Position numbers and translations under genes: made by a program. From the NCBI GenBank assembly GCA_964016885.1, contig OZ024746.1:60574001-60638000 (forward strand): a stretch of 64,000 nucleotides of DNA, in the 5' to 3' direction. A model generated the notes under the pieces. That model was not told the origin of the DNA. It did not search any database and worked only from the letters and a program-made list of their open reading frames with translations. The stretch comes from Eledone cirrhosa (Eukaryota). Below, in pieces: positions 61,538-64,000 of the stretch; position 1 is the first letter of the stretch; each line of letters starts with the position of its first letter.

Positions 61538-62854
61538 TTAAGACAATAATTGTATTATACAAGATTGAAAGTAAGGTGAAGTGAGATACAAAAATGGTTA
61601 ATGTCATCTCTTCAGGGGCTGGGGGAGATCAATAAAATAAGTATAATTGAAGTACTGTTCAATCAACTATATCCACACCTAGACAAGCTTCCATTACAAA
61701 TCTGTGACCTTGTGACAATTGCAAGACAAATCAATAACGATGATATAGGCTAGGTCAGTGGTTATGATTGATGACCTATAATTGATGTTTCACAAAAATT
61801 TTATTTATAGATTTTTTTAAATTTTATATGATAGTCATATGATTTTTTTAAATGAAATTCCTGTGGTTTGATTCACAGTGTACTGGCAATCAAGTGTGTT
61901 ACATCATTCCTTCTGATACCAAACCACTGAAACCACATCTGGTTTTATTATTTTAAACTGTTTATAGTTATCTAAAATATATAGAACAAGATCAAAACAA
62001 AGAGTAGACAGGGAGGGACGAGAACAGTTATTGAGAAGGTTACAAGATGTGTGACAAAAGAGCTTTAACAATTAAATAAACATCCAATTACTAAACTAAC
62101 TGAGGAATGAATTTGTAATCTAACAAATTATAAATCTGAAGTGAAATTCAACTGGTGTGTGTGTATTTTTGGGGGAAGCACAAAAACCTTTGTTAAGCTA
62201 TGTTCCATAGTTGTATAACTAAATCCCCATATAAATTCAAAATTATTTGAAAACCATAGGCAGTTTCTTTTTTTCAAGTTGCTCTCATGGAATGACCAAA
62301 TGAGGTTTATTTTTCAACATATGAAACAATGAAGAAATTAATGTATGCAAGAATTCACAGCTCTAGCATCATTCCTTCATAGGTAGCCTATGAACTTTTC
62401 GGCCCACTCTCATAATGTAATGAAATTGTTAAAATGAATAACTACCAGTCATATCCTGGTTTTGATTCAATCTACTCCACAGTTACACACACCCACCTAT
62501 TTATGCTACAAGATTTATGGCCTTTTGCCAATCAATTTAATACATCCTAATTACTTATTAATTAATTGATATCTTTCATTAAATATATTGTAATGAAAGG
62601 ATCAAATGTTTTGGTATTTGTTCCAGTTCTCTGTGTTTTCATCATCATCATCATCGTTTAACATCTATCTTCCACGCTAGCATGGGTTTAGTCTTTCATT
62701 ATTTCAGGGCTACTAAATGAGGCACTAGTCCAGGGATAGTGGGTTGGCAGAATTGTTAAAGAGATAGACAAGGTGCTTTACAGTATTTGTGCCAGTTCTG
62801 AGCATTCTCAGTTCAATTCCTACCTCCTGTTACTGTTGAAGTAATAATACTGCT

Positions 62855-63205
62855 GCCAAGATGTGCAACCAACAGATAATACCAACAATGGAAAGACCAA
62901 TGGAAGATCAGCTCCTTTCTTCTGCTAGAAGTTGTAACCAACAGATAATGTCAGCAATGGAAAGACAAATGGAAGTATAGTTTCCCACTCCAATCTCACA
63001 ATCAGCTCCTTTCTTCTGCCAAGAATTAAAACTGGTAGAGAGTACCAGCAGTGGAAAGACTAATGGAAACATAATTTCCTTGGTCGAATTTCACAATCAC
63101 CCCTTCCTTCTGCTAGTTATTGTAAGAGTCAGACAGTGTCAGCAATGGAAAGACCAATGGAAAAATAGTTTCCTTGGTCCAATCTAATGATCAGCCCTTT
63201 TTCTT
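62855..63205. repeat. About 95-bp tandem repeat, inverted relative to 57705-58140
   Basis: CAGCAATGGAAAGACCAATGGAA..CTCCTTTCTTCTGC is the reverse complement of GCAGAAGAAAGGA..TTCCATTGGTCTTTCCATTGCTG. Confidence 0.8.
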
Positions 63206-64000
63206 TCCTTGATTCAATAAATCTTTATTCCATGATTATCACCATCACCATCAGCTCCACCATCGTTTTTACATTCTGCCTTCCATGTTGGCATAAATTG
63301 GATGGAAACTTTTGAGACAGTTTTTACAGTCAGATACCCTTCCTCTTGGTAATCTCTTATGATATGCATAGGTGGTGAATTGGCAGAGTCATTAAAATGT
63401 CGGATAAGAATGCTTTATGGTATCCATTCCAGCTCTCTACTCTCTGAGTTCAAATACTGCCATGGTCAACTTTGCCTTTCATCCTTTCGAGGTCGATAAA
63501 AAAAGTACCAGTCTAGTACTGGGGGTTGGTTCTTCCTCTATTTCTCATTTCCTCTCTCTCACTTTTTATCTTTCTCTGGAAGAAATCTTCTGTACTCGGG
63601 CCAGGAGAGGGATGGGCTCTGCCCAGGAAACGCTGTATGTCAATACAGTGCGCCTATAACTCTATCAGGAGTTATGGGACTATACATACATATATATGAT
63701 ATGCAGGGATAAATTAACTGAGGCTATGGTCAATGACACTTGACCAAGATGCTACACAGTGTGATCAAATCCAGGACCTTATGATTATAAAACAAACCTC
63801 TTAACCATGTTGCATCCACAATCAGTGTTTAGTTGTAAGGTTGTATACTGTCTTTAGTAAATTTCATTTAACTGTTAATTCTGGGAGGGAAGGGCAATAC
63901 TCATTACCATTTTCAGAATCACTAGAAACTGGTGGCAGAGATGGCACATGGCATGAATGCTTGCAAAAGATTTGACTCTGCAAAAGGCACCCAAGGATCA

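Overview
This is AT-rich animal DNA made almost entirely of repeats. The SINE and RTE families and the dense (TA)n, (CA)n, (CT)n and trinucleotide arrays suggest an octopus (cephalopod) genome; that assignment is an inference. I found no convincing host protein-coding gene, and the long ORFs in the track are simple-repeat artefacts. The window holds decayed non-LTR retrotransposons (CR1/L2 group, RTE, Rex3-like RTE, Tx1/L1, a CRE-like element, Penelope-like elements), tRNA-derived SINEs, non-autonomous Helitrons, piggyBac/hAT/Tc1-pogo MITEs (some nested, with clean TSDs) and several minisatellites. The most interesting signal is a set of short elements, mostly next to (TA)n, that carry minimal type-I hammerhead ribozyme cores (CUGANGA...GAAA...NUH) from at least four sequence families. 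Several are folded into long near-perfect palindromes. Also notable: three Tx1 3' ends stacked in an (ATCT)n tract, a CRE endonuclease fragment turned into a 74-bp hairpin, and a CpG-retaining domain at about 51-57 kb. Everything was read by eye, so coordinates of degenerate elements are approximate.
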